A stretch of DNA of 64,000 bases, from contig QPGO01000300.1 of assembly GCA_008632985.1 (NCBI GenBank), forward strand, positions 1 to 64,000, in the 5' to 3' direction. The translations under genes were made by a program, and so were the position numbers. Source of the DNA: Psammoneis japonica (Eukaryota). This document shows, in pieces, positions 1 to 12,587 of this stretch. Each line of letters starts with the position of its first letter. Position 1 is the first letter of the stretch. The notes below the pieces were generated by a model. It made no database searches, was not told where the DNA came from, and saw only the letters and a program-made list of their open reading frames with translations.

Positions 1-757
1 CAAATGTTGCCCAAGCCTTTGTGTGTGTGCACTGCTGTGAAAAAACAAAAAATCATGGGCAGTCAGGCACACTTTGAAACTTGTGCACTTGCTCTCAAGT
101 TCGCTGAGCTGCTTGTCATGCAAGTGGCAAAAAAGATGTGTTGTGGGCTCAAAATGATTTTGAGGTGCTGCGACAAATCAGTGGAATGGAATTTCCAACT
201 TGAGTGTGAGTGTTGACAACAATGTGAATGGTCTGTGACAGCACATGCACCTTGCTGATTGCAGCTGGCAATTGCCAGCAATGGCTTGTGACAGAGGACT
301 CCCACAGCAGGAGATGCACAAGGACAAAAAAGAGCGAAATGTCCCAGTGACCCACAGAGCATTGGCAAGGCCACTTGTCACTGCACCTGTTTTTTGCCAA
401 GCAGAGCAGCCTGATGTGCTCTGTGAATGACTGCTTGTGTGCCAAGCATGTGATCAGTTAGATGTGGCAAATCTGCACAAATGGAAAAATGGACATGAAT
501 GAGCAACATGGCTTTCTTGCCGGAAAGTGTCTCATCTTTGTGTTGCAACAGCTTGTCTTTCCTGAGCAAGTGCATGCATGAAATGAAAAGGGCATCTTTG
601 CAACTAAACACAAAAGTGGCTGAATTTTCTTTTGGGCAAGCAAGCGTGTTTATGCATTGAGATTTTCCTGGATTCTTTTGTGGCACAGAGAATTTCTTTT
701 GCTTTTCCTGGGTTTTGTGTTGTTTGTGTGCTGCCTGGTGAACACTCTCCCTTTTTC

Positions 758-3675
758 TCAACGGGGTGGATAACGAATTGCATTGGCAACCTCCTTTTGG
801 GCAAGGCTGTTCTGGCCGGGCAGCAGTTCATTTGAGAGTGGGCTTCGATGGTCTGCATGGAGGGCCGTCCCGATGTTGATTGCCCTGAAGGGGTCACGGG
901 AAGAATCAAACAACCCACTCCCAATCTGAGAATTCACATCAACAACCAAGTCAGAATGTGCTGACCAATCCTTGTCAAACTGCTTCACATAAGGCATGAT
1001 GTCGCCAAACATTTCGTCAATTATTTCTCCCACTTCGTTGCCCGCTCCCCAATCACTTGCACTGTCCACGTTCTCCTTCCTTATCGCTCGCTTGAATTCT
1101 AGAAAAATCCTCTCCAAAAAAATAATCTCCAACATGGCTGTACAACGCACTCAGTGGTATCTTCTTTCCTGTGAATGTGTTGCTTGGGTAATGGCTTTGC
1201 ATTTCTTTGACTAGAGAGGATCCCATGGCGAGATCAGGTCCACCGATTTCGAGGAGTTTCATAACATTTTCTTTGTATTTGACGCATCGTATTCGATCGT
1301 GTTCCATGTTATCCCAAACCTCTTGACCTTAACCTTGTATATGCCAAAGATGTAGTCGGCCTTACCCTCCATTTTGAAGATACCCCAAGTGGCATCACCT
1401 TTCATTTCGACCTTCTTTTTCTGTGCAATGATGGCTTTCATGTCATCCAACCCCTTGATGCCGCTGGTTTCTAATATCATAGATGTCCCCAGGTGGGGTG
1501 TACCGATGGTGATGATGTGGTCAATGTGGTTAAGAGGATTTCCGAGGTCCGTGGCCATAGCACTGTGGATTGCCCACCGAAGAGCAAGACCACCCTGGCT
1601 ATGGGCAACGCAGATTATTTTTGCATTCTGAATGCTTCGCCACCTTCCCACACCGTAATACTTGTCCAACACGTCAACGATCTTGTCAGACAACTCCAAC
1701 GCCATTGATACAACATCCATCCTTGGATCCGACGACTCAAAGAATTCCATGCCATTGTATTTATAGCCATCTCTTTCGCTAGACGGCCTTTCGGCTGTTG
1801 CCCTGTTTGCATAATTGAGATACGGATAGGCCTCAAACTCTCTTGCGACATGATCGGGTATGCTGCCTGTATCAGGTTTGAAATATACACCAAACCCGCG
1901 AACATCATGGCCCTTCCAGAACCTTTTGTCGGCTCCCCAACCATGTATAAAGAGCACGGGGTAAGGAAGGGACCCCGAATACTTTGCGAACGGATCTGGA
2001 GGAGAGTGTGAAGAGCCGAGAATGACGAGATCATCTCCGTTGACTGTATAGACATGTGCGTTATGGTACCACAAACCGCCCATTTGGTACAGGGAGCCGC
2101 CATATCCAAGTTCATAAGTGGCCGGTGGTAGGTCATATGAGTCAATCAATCGTGGCGAGGTGGGATCTCGCACGTCGTAGGCACTGATTTTTGCACTCCC
2201 ATCGTGATCTCCGACGTAAAGCACTTCGCCGTCGTCATCAAGTGCCATCCGATATGCAAGCGGGTGGTTGGAGACACGCCCAAGGATTTCTGGGTTCGTA
2301 TCTTTTACACCACGGGCAGCGTCATAGATAACAAATCCTTCGCCACGACCTGTGGCATTCAATGCTATCCCATAAATTCTATCATGATAGCCAAGAATCA
2401 TTTCGTGCGGAGGCGTAGTGCCGCTTGGTGGACTGAGTTTTCCAACCAGAGTAATGTTTGGTTTTTCGTAAGTGTATGTCGGATAATTTATCTTGTATAT
2501 GTCGACGGTGGCATCAACAGGCCCCTTGCGGGTCAACCAGTATAGATATTCATTGTAGCGAGAGAGAATCACCTCATCGGCACCCGAAGGTTTTACGGGG
2601 GGGCTACGATATTCCAGCCTGAGAGATGGCGGCTCATGCCATATGCTGTACATCGATAAGGATCGTCCGGAGTACAACAAGTAAGGAGCGTGATTTGACG
2701 GATGGGACGATATCAAGCCCTTGCGGCAATATGTTTCCGAGAAGCATTCTGGCGGCGTCACTGGATTTGCGGGATCAGAGATGTCAACCATGGTAATTTC
2801 TCCCCTTCGGTGTGCCGTCCACAAATTAGTGCCAGAAACCCAAATGTCCACAATGAAGTTCCCATGAAGAGTAGAGCACGTGTCGACTGACGCAACATAC
2901 CTTGGCGCAGCCGGATCCGAAATGTCGTAGATTAACACTTTTTTAGAAAAGTAACAGCCGAGATACGCGAAATGTCCTTGCACGTGTATATGCACTTCGC
3001 GGGGTGGGTATTCAGCCAGGTGCGGCAACCGCGTCCTGGACACCACGGACATTCCCGGGCCAAGACGTCGTGCTGCAACGGAAGGGTCCTGATGTCCTGA
3101 TCCCCGCTCCGCCTTGGCATCTGGGGCTTCGTATGGAGCAGCATGCTGACAGAGTCAAAGCGAAAACCGATATTTGATGAGGCAGAATTCAACGTGGATG
3201 TTGTGCAAATCTCGTTGATGAAAACTCACCGTCTCTGGATCGTTGGTATCATCTGTTACAAACGTGCCTCCGTGGACCCCATCTGATAGATGTTGAAGAC
3301 GCCGTGCACTTGCTCGTAGATGGAAGTCTCCAGTAGAAAGCGGCTTCTTCTCGGTTTCGTTGTTATCATATGCTCCGAAACCACCTCCTTGGACCCCATC
3401 TGATACCGGTACAGGTTGAAGACCACGTGAATTGGAATCGCTTGCTTCATGTGGCGTTGCCTACGAGGTTAAAGAAGGGGACAAGATCAGCTACATAATA
3501 CAAAGCTTTGTGTTCTTGGTTCATTGAACATTCGGTCGATACGAGATGTATAGGAGCTTACCTCGTCGTTCCACGGCTCCGTCCCAGCAAGAACCTCAAC
3601 AATCTCACAGGCTCGAAGGAGGACTGAAGCCGCAACGATCCAGCCGCACAACCGGTTTTGCTTAAAGAGTTTCAT
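758..3675 (-). pseudogene. Spliced, probably secreted protein: signal peptide + propeptide, LVIVD-type beta-propeller repeats, then a PGAP1/lipase-like alpha/beta hydrolase; two frameshifts near the 3' end
   Basis: Exon 1 3675-3562 (MKLFKQ...hydrophobic...WNDE), intron GTAAG..TAG 3561-3461, exon 2 3460-3230, intron GTGAGT..CAG 3229-3146, exon 3 in frame with ORF 1259..3052. Repeats IYDISDPAAP / MVDISDPANP / AYDVRDPTSP; hydrolase motifs PVLFIHGW, AHSQGG, IGTPHLG. The C-terminus continues in other frames (1053..1307 DLAMGSSLV; 758..1150 SDLVV..SQ, H). TpA is intact here. Confidence 0.8.
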
Positions 3676-4176
3676 TGTTTCACTTTTGTTGCTTGTGTTC
3701 TTTTCGCTTACTTATTTTGTGGTACCAGTGGATGGATTTCGCACCCTTTTCCCACAATTCCGCGAAAGCATCTGCCCCTTACCATAATAAATGTTGGCAA
3801 ACATTTATTGACAAAATTTCATTGTCGCCGATTCATTCTCTCGAAGACAATATGTTGAAAGCGCTTGTCGCGTTTTTTCTTATCGATTTCTTGACGCCTT
3901 TTCCAAAACAGAGTGTCCCTCGGTGTTCTATCTCAATTGTCCTCCCCCTGTCTATTTCTTCGAGTTCTCATCGCCAAACCACACCGGAGTCCCATTGGTT
4001 CTTGCTGCTTCATTTGGTCGACACAGTCATCGATGCAGGCTGCCGCGCGACTAAAAACCCGCGAGAGGTCTTTGCATGACATCTCGACAATAAATAATGT
4101 TAAAAAACAGTCATTTGTTAATTAAAAATAAATGACCGCACTCACTCAAAATCGAGTTTGTCAGGGAAAGACCAAT

Positions 4177-4351
4177 TGAATGAGATAGGCACATGTACTC
4201 TATGACCGAGTGTGCCCTCTCTGATGTATGTGTGTTAACTAACGCATTAGACACATGGGAAACCGTCAGGTTTGGGCTGCATCAGCGATGATGGGGTCTC
4301 TCCTCGGTTCTCCCACAACTTTTGTCAAGTCATCTCAAGCTAGATCTTGCA
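4177..4351 (+). repeat. 5' LTR (TG...CA)
   Basis: Aligns without gaps to 9659-9833 with 16 mismatches by manual alignment. Confidence 0.95.
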
Positions 4352-4655
4352 CTGTAATTGCAGTCATTGTTGCAGCTTGTTCACTGCATTGTCAGTTTTA
4401 TGACAATGCGAGGAGTGTCATCGAGAAGAGAGAAAATCTGTTTGCGAGCGCGTGCAGAAAATTTCATTCGAAGTCGATCAGAATCACCGTGCAATTGCAC
4501 TCGTGAAATCGGCGATTCAGAGCAGCGCTTGTTTGAACTCGAAGCTCGTGTTGCTGCTGTTGAGTTCGTTCTTGTTTGGTTGTCAATTGTTCTCGTTGTG
4601 TGGATCAATTGGGAGCACTTTGCTTCGTTCATCTTGTGGATTGTTGATTGTTTGA

Positions 4656-5927
4656 TTGCTGAAATTGTTCATCGCCATGCATCGAGAAGCCTTGGAGAAA
4701 GCATGCATTGAGCACAAGACCAAATTCGTGGATTCAGAATTGCAGGAAGTGAAGCTCACTCAAACCTTTGATGATGGTGCTAAACTTTCAAAAATGTGTC
4801 CTGTTTTCACAGGAGAGCATGGAATTGAATCATCATTGCACGTGGAGGACAGGTTCCGGAAGGTGGCAAGACAGCTCGACTGCAACACCAGACCAGAATT
4901 GTTTGATGCTTTCGAGGATTGCATTCAAGGTGCTGCGGAAGCGAAACGGCAGAATGTTGCCACGGGTGTCCAACAGAATCAACAGACGGTGGCTCAATTT
5001 AATCAGGCTGTCTCGGCTCATCATTTGTGCTGCGTGAAACCAACAGCTCGCGACACAATGAAGATGCATTTGCCCACTTGCAAAAAGCCTCACTCAGTGG
5101 AATTGGAAACTCATGTTGATTGCATGGAAACGTTGTTTTGTCACACCAGCCGTTTGCCTGGAACCGTTCCTGAACTTACAGAGCAGGAGCAGAAAAATGT
5201 CATCTTCTGCACCTTCCCTTTGACCTGGCAGCAGTCTTACATTCGTGCGGGCAAGAACCTTGTTGCGGACTTGATGGTGGATGTCCAAGCCCACATGAGC
5301 AATGAAAAGGCATTCGCCGATGGTCAGGACAACAAGAAGCGCAAGTCCAATGATGGCAATGGAGGGAACTCTAGTGACAAAAAGGGCAACCGAGACAAGA
5401 AGGGTGGCAAGGGCCAACCAAAGGCGAATGATCCGTGTCTGGTCCCATGGCACCATGGAAGGCATGCGCAGGGCCAGTGTTGTGACAATCCAAACAACCC
5501 CAACTGTCGTGGGCCTCCAAACCGTGGCGGTCGAGGTGGAGGCCGTGGTGGTGGAGGTCAAGGCGGAGGTCATTTCCAAGGAGGCCGTGGACAAGGCCGT
5601 GGAGGCGGTGGACACTTTGGTGGTCATGGCGACCAGAACCAAGGAGGTCGTGGCACCCACCACAACAACAACAACAACAATGGACACCAAAGTGACAATG
5701 GCAGCCAAGGTGGTGGTCAGCATCATTGCAATGAAAACAACAACCGTGGAGGCCAAGGTCAGGCTGACAGACATGCTGCTCAAGCAGACAACATGAACAA
5801 CAACAACCAGGCTCAAGAAGCTCCTCATGGTGACGTGCACCATTTCAACATGATCGGACGAGGCCCTCCGCGTTGTGGAGGTGTGGTGAGGTTTCAGCCA
5901 GATGGGCAGTTTCCTCGGCAGTTCTGA
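4656..5927 (+). pseudogene. gag: Gypsy gag-like ORF with Cys/His knuckle and RGG/N-rich tail
   Basis: 423-aa ORF after the 5' LTR; CLVPWHHGRHAQGQC knuckle-like motif followed by an RGG-rich low-complexity region. Confidence 0.75.
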
Positions 5928-5966
5928 GAAGAAGGAGCTGAATGCTCCGGAGCTGGGTGCTCCCAG

Positions 5967-8900
5967 TTGCCCATGAGAGAAGCATTTGTTGATGAAAATG
6001 ATTGTGTTTTGCCTGAAAGAAATGATGGATGTTTTGTTTTTGATTGTTTTAAAAATCCTGACGAATTGTCACCCATTGAATTTGAAAATGCTGCAGAAAA
6101 TTACATGAATGAAGAGGGGGACGTGTTCGATCAGGATGCGTTTGAGTGTCACATTCCTCTCCCCAAAATGAAATCGCAAGTCTCGCGCACTGCGTTGGTC
6201 CCATCTACACTGCTTGTTACAAAATTGATCCAGCGGCATGAGTCGAACAGTGTGATGCATGTCTTGTTTGACTCAGGTGGTTCTCACACTGTGATCTTGT
6301 CTCAAGTTTTACCTCAAGGAGCCGTGCCATCTGTTGACGAACATGGAGTCCGAGAGCTTTTCAAACCGCTGCAGGTCCTTTTCAGTCGGGTCGTTGGGCA
6401 GCCCTGAGCGACATTGCATTGCCGGAATTCCACAAGACCAGGAGGATTGACGGCTGTGTGGCTCACGTGTTCGATGCTCCGTGCGCGCATGATGTCATTT
6501 TGGGTCGAGATTTCTTGGGTGAGATTGGCCTCAATTTGAACCATGACACGAGAACACTGCATTGGTTGGACCACGCAATTCCAATGAAGGAGCCTCGTCA
6601 TTGGTCCAAGTCCTGCAATTGGCATGTTGCTTTGGACTGAATGGATGAATTTGACAAAGATTGTGAAGACGAGTCAGACTGCGGATGTGACGACGGATGC
6701 GACACCTGTGTGCTTGATGCTGAGCATGAAGCAACGGATCCGGCGGAGGCAGTTCGGAGTCTGGACCATCTCACAGAAGAACAAAAGAAGAAACTGCTGG
6801 CGGTGTTGGAAAAGCATTCGACCTTGTTTGACGGAACGTTGGGCCACTGTCCTCATGAAAAGGCACACCTTGAAGTGGATGAAAACGCTGTTCCTTGTCA
6901 CTCAAAACCGTTTCCTGTTGCTCGAGTCAATGAAGAAGCGTTCAAAAAGGAGTTGAAGCACTTGGTGAATCTTGGTGTGCTGCGACCATGTGGACCTGCG
7001 GAATGGGCAGCTGGTGCTTTTATTGCTCCGAAGAAGGACGGTCGAGTGCGATGGGTGTCAGATTTTCGGGAGCTCAATGAGGTCCTCAAGCAGAAAGTGC
7101 ATCCTTTGCCGGTCACTCAAGATGTGCTGCAACGAAGAGCGGGTTACAAATTCTTCACGAAATTGGATCTCACTGTGTTCTACTGCAATTTGGAGTTGGA
7201 CGATGAAAGCAAAGAGCTTGCCACGATTGCAACTCCCTGCGGAAAGTTTCAGTGTTGTCGCATGGCTGTGGGATTGAAGCCAGCTCCAGACATTGCTCAG
7301 TCCATTGTTGAAAAGATTCTTCATGGTTTGGATGTCGAAACTTGTGTTGATGATGTTGGAGCATTTGATGCTGACTTTGACTGCCATCTCTCTCGCATTG
7401 ACAAGGTGCTGCATCATCTCGAAGAGAATGGTTTGAAAGCCAATCCGTTGAAATGCGAGTGGTGTGTTCAAGAAACCGATTTCTCAGGGCATTGGCTTGC
7501 TCCGACTGGTGTCAAACCATGGAAGAAAAAGGTCGAAGCGATTCTACGAATGCAACCTCCACGGGACACTGCTCAACTCCGATCATTTCTTGGTGCAGTG
7601 ACTCATTGTTGCAATGTGTGGCCTCGCCGTTCTCACCCACTTGCACCTCTGGCTGAATTGACAGGCAAAAGTCAGTTCCAATGGACGGAATCATGTCAGA
7701 AAGCGTTCGATGAAATGAAAGCAGCAATCATGGCAGAAGCATTGATGGCCCACCCTGACCACAACCTGCCATTCCATGTTCACACCGATGCATCAGACCA
7801 CCAGATGGGTGCCGCCATCATTCAAGATGGTGAGCCGGTGGCACATTGGTCTGAAAAGCTTTCGACGGCTCAACGAAACCATTCGACAATGGAAAAAGAA
7901 CTGCTGGCCGTTGTCATGTGCTTCAAAGAATTTCGCTCAATGCCACTCGGTGCTGATGTCACTGTTCATGCTGATCACAAAAATCTCACCTTTCGCACTT
8001 TGAATGCACAGCGCGTCCTTTGTTGGTGCCTGTTCCTCGAAGATTTTGCGCCTGCGTTTAAGTGTGTCGAAGGCAAGGATGACGTGCTCGCTGATTGTTT
8101 TTCTCGTCCACCACGCATGGATCCGCCTTCGGAGGGGAAGAGCCTTGGGCCAAGTGGCAAACGCAAAGGCAGCAAATGCAAAGGAAAAATTGTTCATTTT
8201 GAAAAGTTGGATTCCAAGGCCCAGGCCGAGGAAGATTTGGAGTTAGGCGCTTGCAGGTTCAAGTGTTGCCGTGCTCCTGTTGCTCCTTCTGATGAGTCTC
8301 ACGCCACCTTTTCCTCTCTGCTCGACGAGCCTGAATTGTTTGAATGCTTTTTGAATTGTCCGACACTGGACGAGATGCCGAACCCCACTGAGATGTCAAG
8401 GATCCAACAGTTTCAGTTCGAAGACCTCCAACTGAACCAGCAAAGACAACAAAATCCGCAGCAGTTTGTGGTCAAGATTGTGAAGCATTGTCCCCTGATT
8501 TGTCATCGTTTGCAATTGAATAATCCGCCTGGAGCCTGGAAGATTTGCACCCCCACTGCATTGTTGCGGGATGTCATTGCATGGCATCATCGCGCATTGG
8601 GCCATTGTGGAGTCGCACGACTGCACAAAAGTGTTCGGACTCACATGCATCATCCTGCATTGCGGCGACGTTGCAACGAATTTGTCTGCGATGTGTGTCA
8701 ACAATTTAAACAACCAGGCCCTGGATGTGGAGAGTTGCCTCAATGTCAAGCGCCTTTAGCTCCGTGGACGGAAGTGGCAGTTGGTCTCATTGGACCGTGG
8801 AAGATCCCGATTCAAGATCAAGAGATTGAATTCAGCGCTCTCACTTGCGTTGATGCTGTCACTGGATTGACTGAACTCGCACGCATTGACAACAAAGCTT

Positions 8901-9550
8901 CTCAACATGTGACTGACAAGTTTTGCAACCTTTGGTTGGCTCGTTGTCCCAGACCAAATCGATGCATCCATGACAATGGTGGAGAATTCATTGGTTGGGA
9001 ATTCCAAATGTTGCTGAATCAAGCGGGTGTTGCGGATGCTCCGACGATGTCTCGAAATCCTGCAGCCAACTCCATTTGTGAACAAATGCACCAGACGGCA
9101 GCCAATGTCTTGCGTGCTGTGGTTGTTGCCAACCCACCTTTAAATGTTCAACAGGCCGAGCAGATTGTGGACGATGCCCTTGCCACAGCCTCTCATGCTT
9201 TGCGATGCTCCCACTCAAGGTCTGCGGGTGTTTCAAGTGGAGCTCTGGTGTTTCAACGTGATGTGATTTTGGACCTGCCCATGGTTTCTGATCTCGCAAT
9301 GATGCAAGCCAACCGACAAGTGTTGATTGACGAGAACCTGCGATGACAAAATGCGAAGCGACATTCCTGTGATTGTCTGGTTGGTCAAGATGTGTCAATC
9401 AAGTCGGTGGATCCTTCGAAGTTGGAAGAACGAGCTTGTGGTCCGTTTCGAATTGCACAAGTCCATGCCAACGGGACTGTTTCGGTGCTGCGAGCACCGC
9501 ACGTTGTCGAGTGAATCAACATTCGCCGTGTGGTGCCGCATCGGAGTTGA
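5967..9550 (+). pseudogene. pol: Gypsy pol: aspartic protease, reverse transcriptase, RNase H, integrase with GPF motif
   Basis: Protease LFDSGGSHT and VILGRDFL; RT KKDGRVRWVSDFR and CVDD (for YxDD); RNase H HTDASDHQMG and NHSTMEKELLA; integrase HH-CC finger, HDNGGEF, NSICE; KLEERACGPF after 9346. Frameshifts and stops are present. Confidence 0.92.
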
Positions 9551-9646
9551 GGGTTTCTTCCCAACGTCTGGGTTCCCTTCTCCGTGTGTGGTGGGTTTTG
9601 AATTTTAGTCGAGTGGCTCCAATGGTGCGCGTGTTCCTTGCACCAT

Positions 9647-9658
9647 GGAGGGGAAGAG
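9647..9658 (+). other. Polypurine tract of the Gypsy element
   Basis: GGAGGGGAAGAG immediately 5' of the 3' LTR. Confidence 0.85.
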
Positions 9659-9833
9659 TGAATGAGATGGGCACATGTGCTCTATGACCGAGTGTGCCCT
9701 CTCTGACACATGCACATTAACTGACGCATTGGACATGTGGGAAACCCTCAGGTTTGGGCTGCATCAGCGATGATGGGGTCTCTCCTCGGTTCTCCCACAA
9801 CTTTTGTCAAGTCATCTCAAGCCAGATCTTGCG
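9659..9833 (+). repeat. 3' LTR
   Basis: Copy of 4177-4351, followed by TSD CCAAT. Confidence 0.95.
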
Positions 9834-10849
9834 CCAATGGCCCCCGCCGATTGATCCAATCGACTGCAATTTGAGTGGATTGCGAAATGTTCAGAATCCC
9901 TCTGTTGAGTGTGTTGAAAGTGATCTGTCCAACAATCTGTGCAAATGGAGAATTGCTCCACCACATGCTCACAATTTCTTGTCAGTCCACAGCTCTGATG
10001 GCCAGCAGCCAGGCAACTCCTCAACATGATGCCTCCTCTGTGCTGAGCAAAGCAACAAAAGAGACAAGCAGACATCATGGCATTTTCTCTGACACCTGCC
10101 CAAGCCATCAAAGGCACTCTTGACTTTGCAAAGAAGGCTTGCAGAGCCACCCACACAACAAGACAGTCATGTGGGAGAGTTTTTTCAGATCCTCAACACT
10201 CTCAAAGACAGAGCTGCCAACAGTGGCTGGAATGAAGAAGGGGTGGGATCTTGGTTGTTCCTGACAATCCAGCTGAAGTCATGTCTGACACTGCCGGCTC
10301 TAATTTTTTGACACACTGCAGTCAAACCAAGGTGGCCATCATCCTCGAGTGCAAGTGTGCATGCATCAACCAGCCAACGAGGCCTGCACAAGACACAACA
10401 ATGACGCTGCGCCACCTTCTTGTGCAAGTGCACTTTCTGAAGAAGGAAAAACCAGAACTCAGGTCTGAGAAAAGCAGCACAAAAATCTCCAACGCAACAA
10501 GACACAACTGTTTTGAAGCCTTCTGCTGAAGGCAACAACTTGCTTTTCAAGGGTTTCTGCATGGAGCCCCACGTGTTTTTTGCACCAAGAACCCACCGCC
10601 ATGACAGCTCCCCCACTGCCACAGGCCGGCCCTGCCAGCAATCCTTGGCATGATCCCTCCCCTGCTTGGGACACCAGTTTCCCATCAACTCCTTCCAGAA
10701 ACTGATCCGGAGAGTCCAGCAACTCTGAGCTCAGGGAGATCATCCTCCATTTTGAGCTCGCTGGGTGGGGCTCTTTGTGACATTGGGCTTGCAGAATTTT
10801 GTGCACAAGCTCTGCAGCAAAATCATCAAGCAATGAATGCACTGGTGAC

Positions 10850-11040
10850 TGCCAGCAGAAAAAATGCAGTTGTGTGAATGCATCTCCTCCTTTGTGCACT
10901 TGAAGTGCGCCATGAACAGTCTGCCCCTGGGCACACTCCACAGATGCCAAATGACACACCCAGCCCATTTTCATTCTCATGAACGTTGAAAATGGAGAGC
11001 CTTTGGCTTTGCAACACAAGGTGTGTGAAGCAACTTTGCA
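10850..11040 (+). repeat. Degenerate dispersed repeat; inverted homologue at ~33410-33580
   Basis: Shared segment acacacccagcccattttcatt...gttgaaaatgga.agcctttggctttgcaa; ORF track shows ENENGLGV and MKMESLWLC at both loci on opposite strands. Confidence 0.7.
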
Positions 11041-11248
11041 GAAGAAAATATGTGGAATTGCACATGCATGACAATGGGGGTCATTTGAAAATGTTGCAAA
11101 AGTCACAACTGACATTTTGCATGAGGAAAAACACCAAATTGCATGGAAATGTGTGCAATGTCATGCAAGAGGGTGATTGGAGCTGCTGACTTTTTGGGAG
11201 CTCAACTGAAATGTCATCTGAGCAAAGGTGTTTTGATTTGCATGTGGT

Positions 11249-11803
11249 GACGTGTTCCAGCCGCACGTGAACCAAATCGTGCACAGAAACGACATTTGCG
11301 CGATTTTTGCGCGGTCCCTAACGTACGATCGAACTTTCACCACCAAAAGTATAGATTTATCCAAATATAAATGTTTTGCAACACTAACAAGACTCGTGTG
11401 AGTGTTGCAATATCATTGTTATTGTGCTATCTATGTTTTTCATTGCGTTAAAAGATTCGTAACACAACGGATGATTTTCGGCGAAAATATTGCCGTTATT
11501 TGGATGTTACCTAAACATATCTTTCTACGATGCTACTTGGTAGGTTTTCTACCTACAAAAATATCTCAGTATAAATCTACGGACGTACAATCAGTATTGA
11601 GTCTACTGAGGAAGTTTATGATACATATCCCATGAGGATTTGAATACCCCTCAAAAAACTATTTAAATGTTCATACTCTAGAAGCCTATAAAAGTCAATC
11701 TGTCTAAGTATTTTTATTAAAATGCTCTATACACTAGAACATACATAAATTATATTCAAAATCCGATTGTCGTTTTGTGCGTCACCTGGGACTGGAACAC
11801 GCC
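11249..11803 (+). mobile_element. MITE family 1, copy A (555 bp, TpA intact)
   Basis: TIR GACGTGTTCCAG...CTGGAACACGCC, 4-bp TSD TGGT on both sides, AT-rich, inverted homologue at 23130-23684. Confidence 0.9.
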
Positions 11804-12093
11804 TGGTGAAGAGCAACGCCTTTGATCAGATGACATTTCAGTTGATTTCCTGAGGAGTTGACATTCGTGCATGGATGGGCAGACAGACTGACAACAATTG
11901 TTTCTGCGCCATCCGCAAATTTCAACGACACAGTCTTGAACATGTGAGTTTCACACCTCAACACATGAATTTGTGGTTTCCATTTAAAATGGATGACCAT
12001 TGAATTTGGTCTTGTTTGCTTGCCAAACATCTTTTGCAAATTTTGTTCATGACAAATGGTGTTGAATGAATTGGCCCTTCAACCACTGGACTT

Positions 12094-12413
12094 GAGCAAA
12101 TCTCCATGGGTGGAGATTTGCTTGCTTGCATCACAAATGTGGCAAATGAAGCAACTTCAGACACACACAACATTTTGTTTGCGCGATTTTGTTCTGGAGC
12201 GCGCATTCATCGAAAATCTGGAGGCACCCTTTTTGCAATTTAGAAAGTTCAATGTCGCCTTTTAACACCGGGTTTTTTGCAAGCTTCATCTGTGAACAGA
12301 GAGAAATTAAATCTCAACCTTTGACAATGGAGGTTGTCATGAATTGCTGTCACAAACAGAGCAATGACACCACACCCTGGGAGCAAATCTCCGCCGGTGG
12401 AGATTTGCTCCCA
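12094..12413. repeat. Two related hairpin palindromes (12094-12122 and 12378-12413)
   Basis: AGCAAATCTCCA-tggg-TGGAGATTTGCT and TGGGAGCAAATCTCC-gccggt-GGAGATTTGCTCCCA. Confidence 0.8.
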
Positions 12414-12587
12414 ACAAGCAAATGCACGTGGCATGCTTTGCACAGATTGTGCACGACATGACATTTTAACACTGTGTTCATTGCATTGTCACAAAAGTGC
12501 GAGACACGTCACACATCCCCAAGTGGAGCAACCCCTGGTGATTGAAGGGTCAAGTTGTGAGCAAACTCAAATGCTTTTGCTCAAGCA

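Larger units (their letters stand above)
4177..9833 (+). mobile_element. Full-length Ty3/Gypsy LTR retrotransposon (decayed)
   Basis: Direct 175-bp LTRs, 5-bp TSD CCAAT (4172-4176 and 9834-9838), polypurine tract before the 3' LTR, domain order gag-PR-RT-RH-IN. Confidence 0.95.

Noticed and set aside
1259..3052. Bacterial contaminant contig
   Set aside because: Two in-frame canonical GT-AG introns and a eukaryotic signal/propeptide lie upstream.
4352..4375. tRNA primer-binding site of the Gypsy element
   Set aside because: No TGG-initiated PBS is recognisable after the 5' LTR, so it is not called.
4177..9833. ADAR-type RNA editing of the retroelement transcript
   Set aside because: Changes occur on both strands, differ between the two LTRs, and also affect DNA transposons and non-TE genes.
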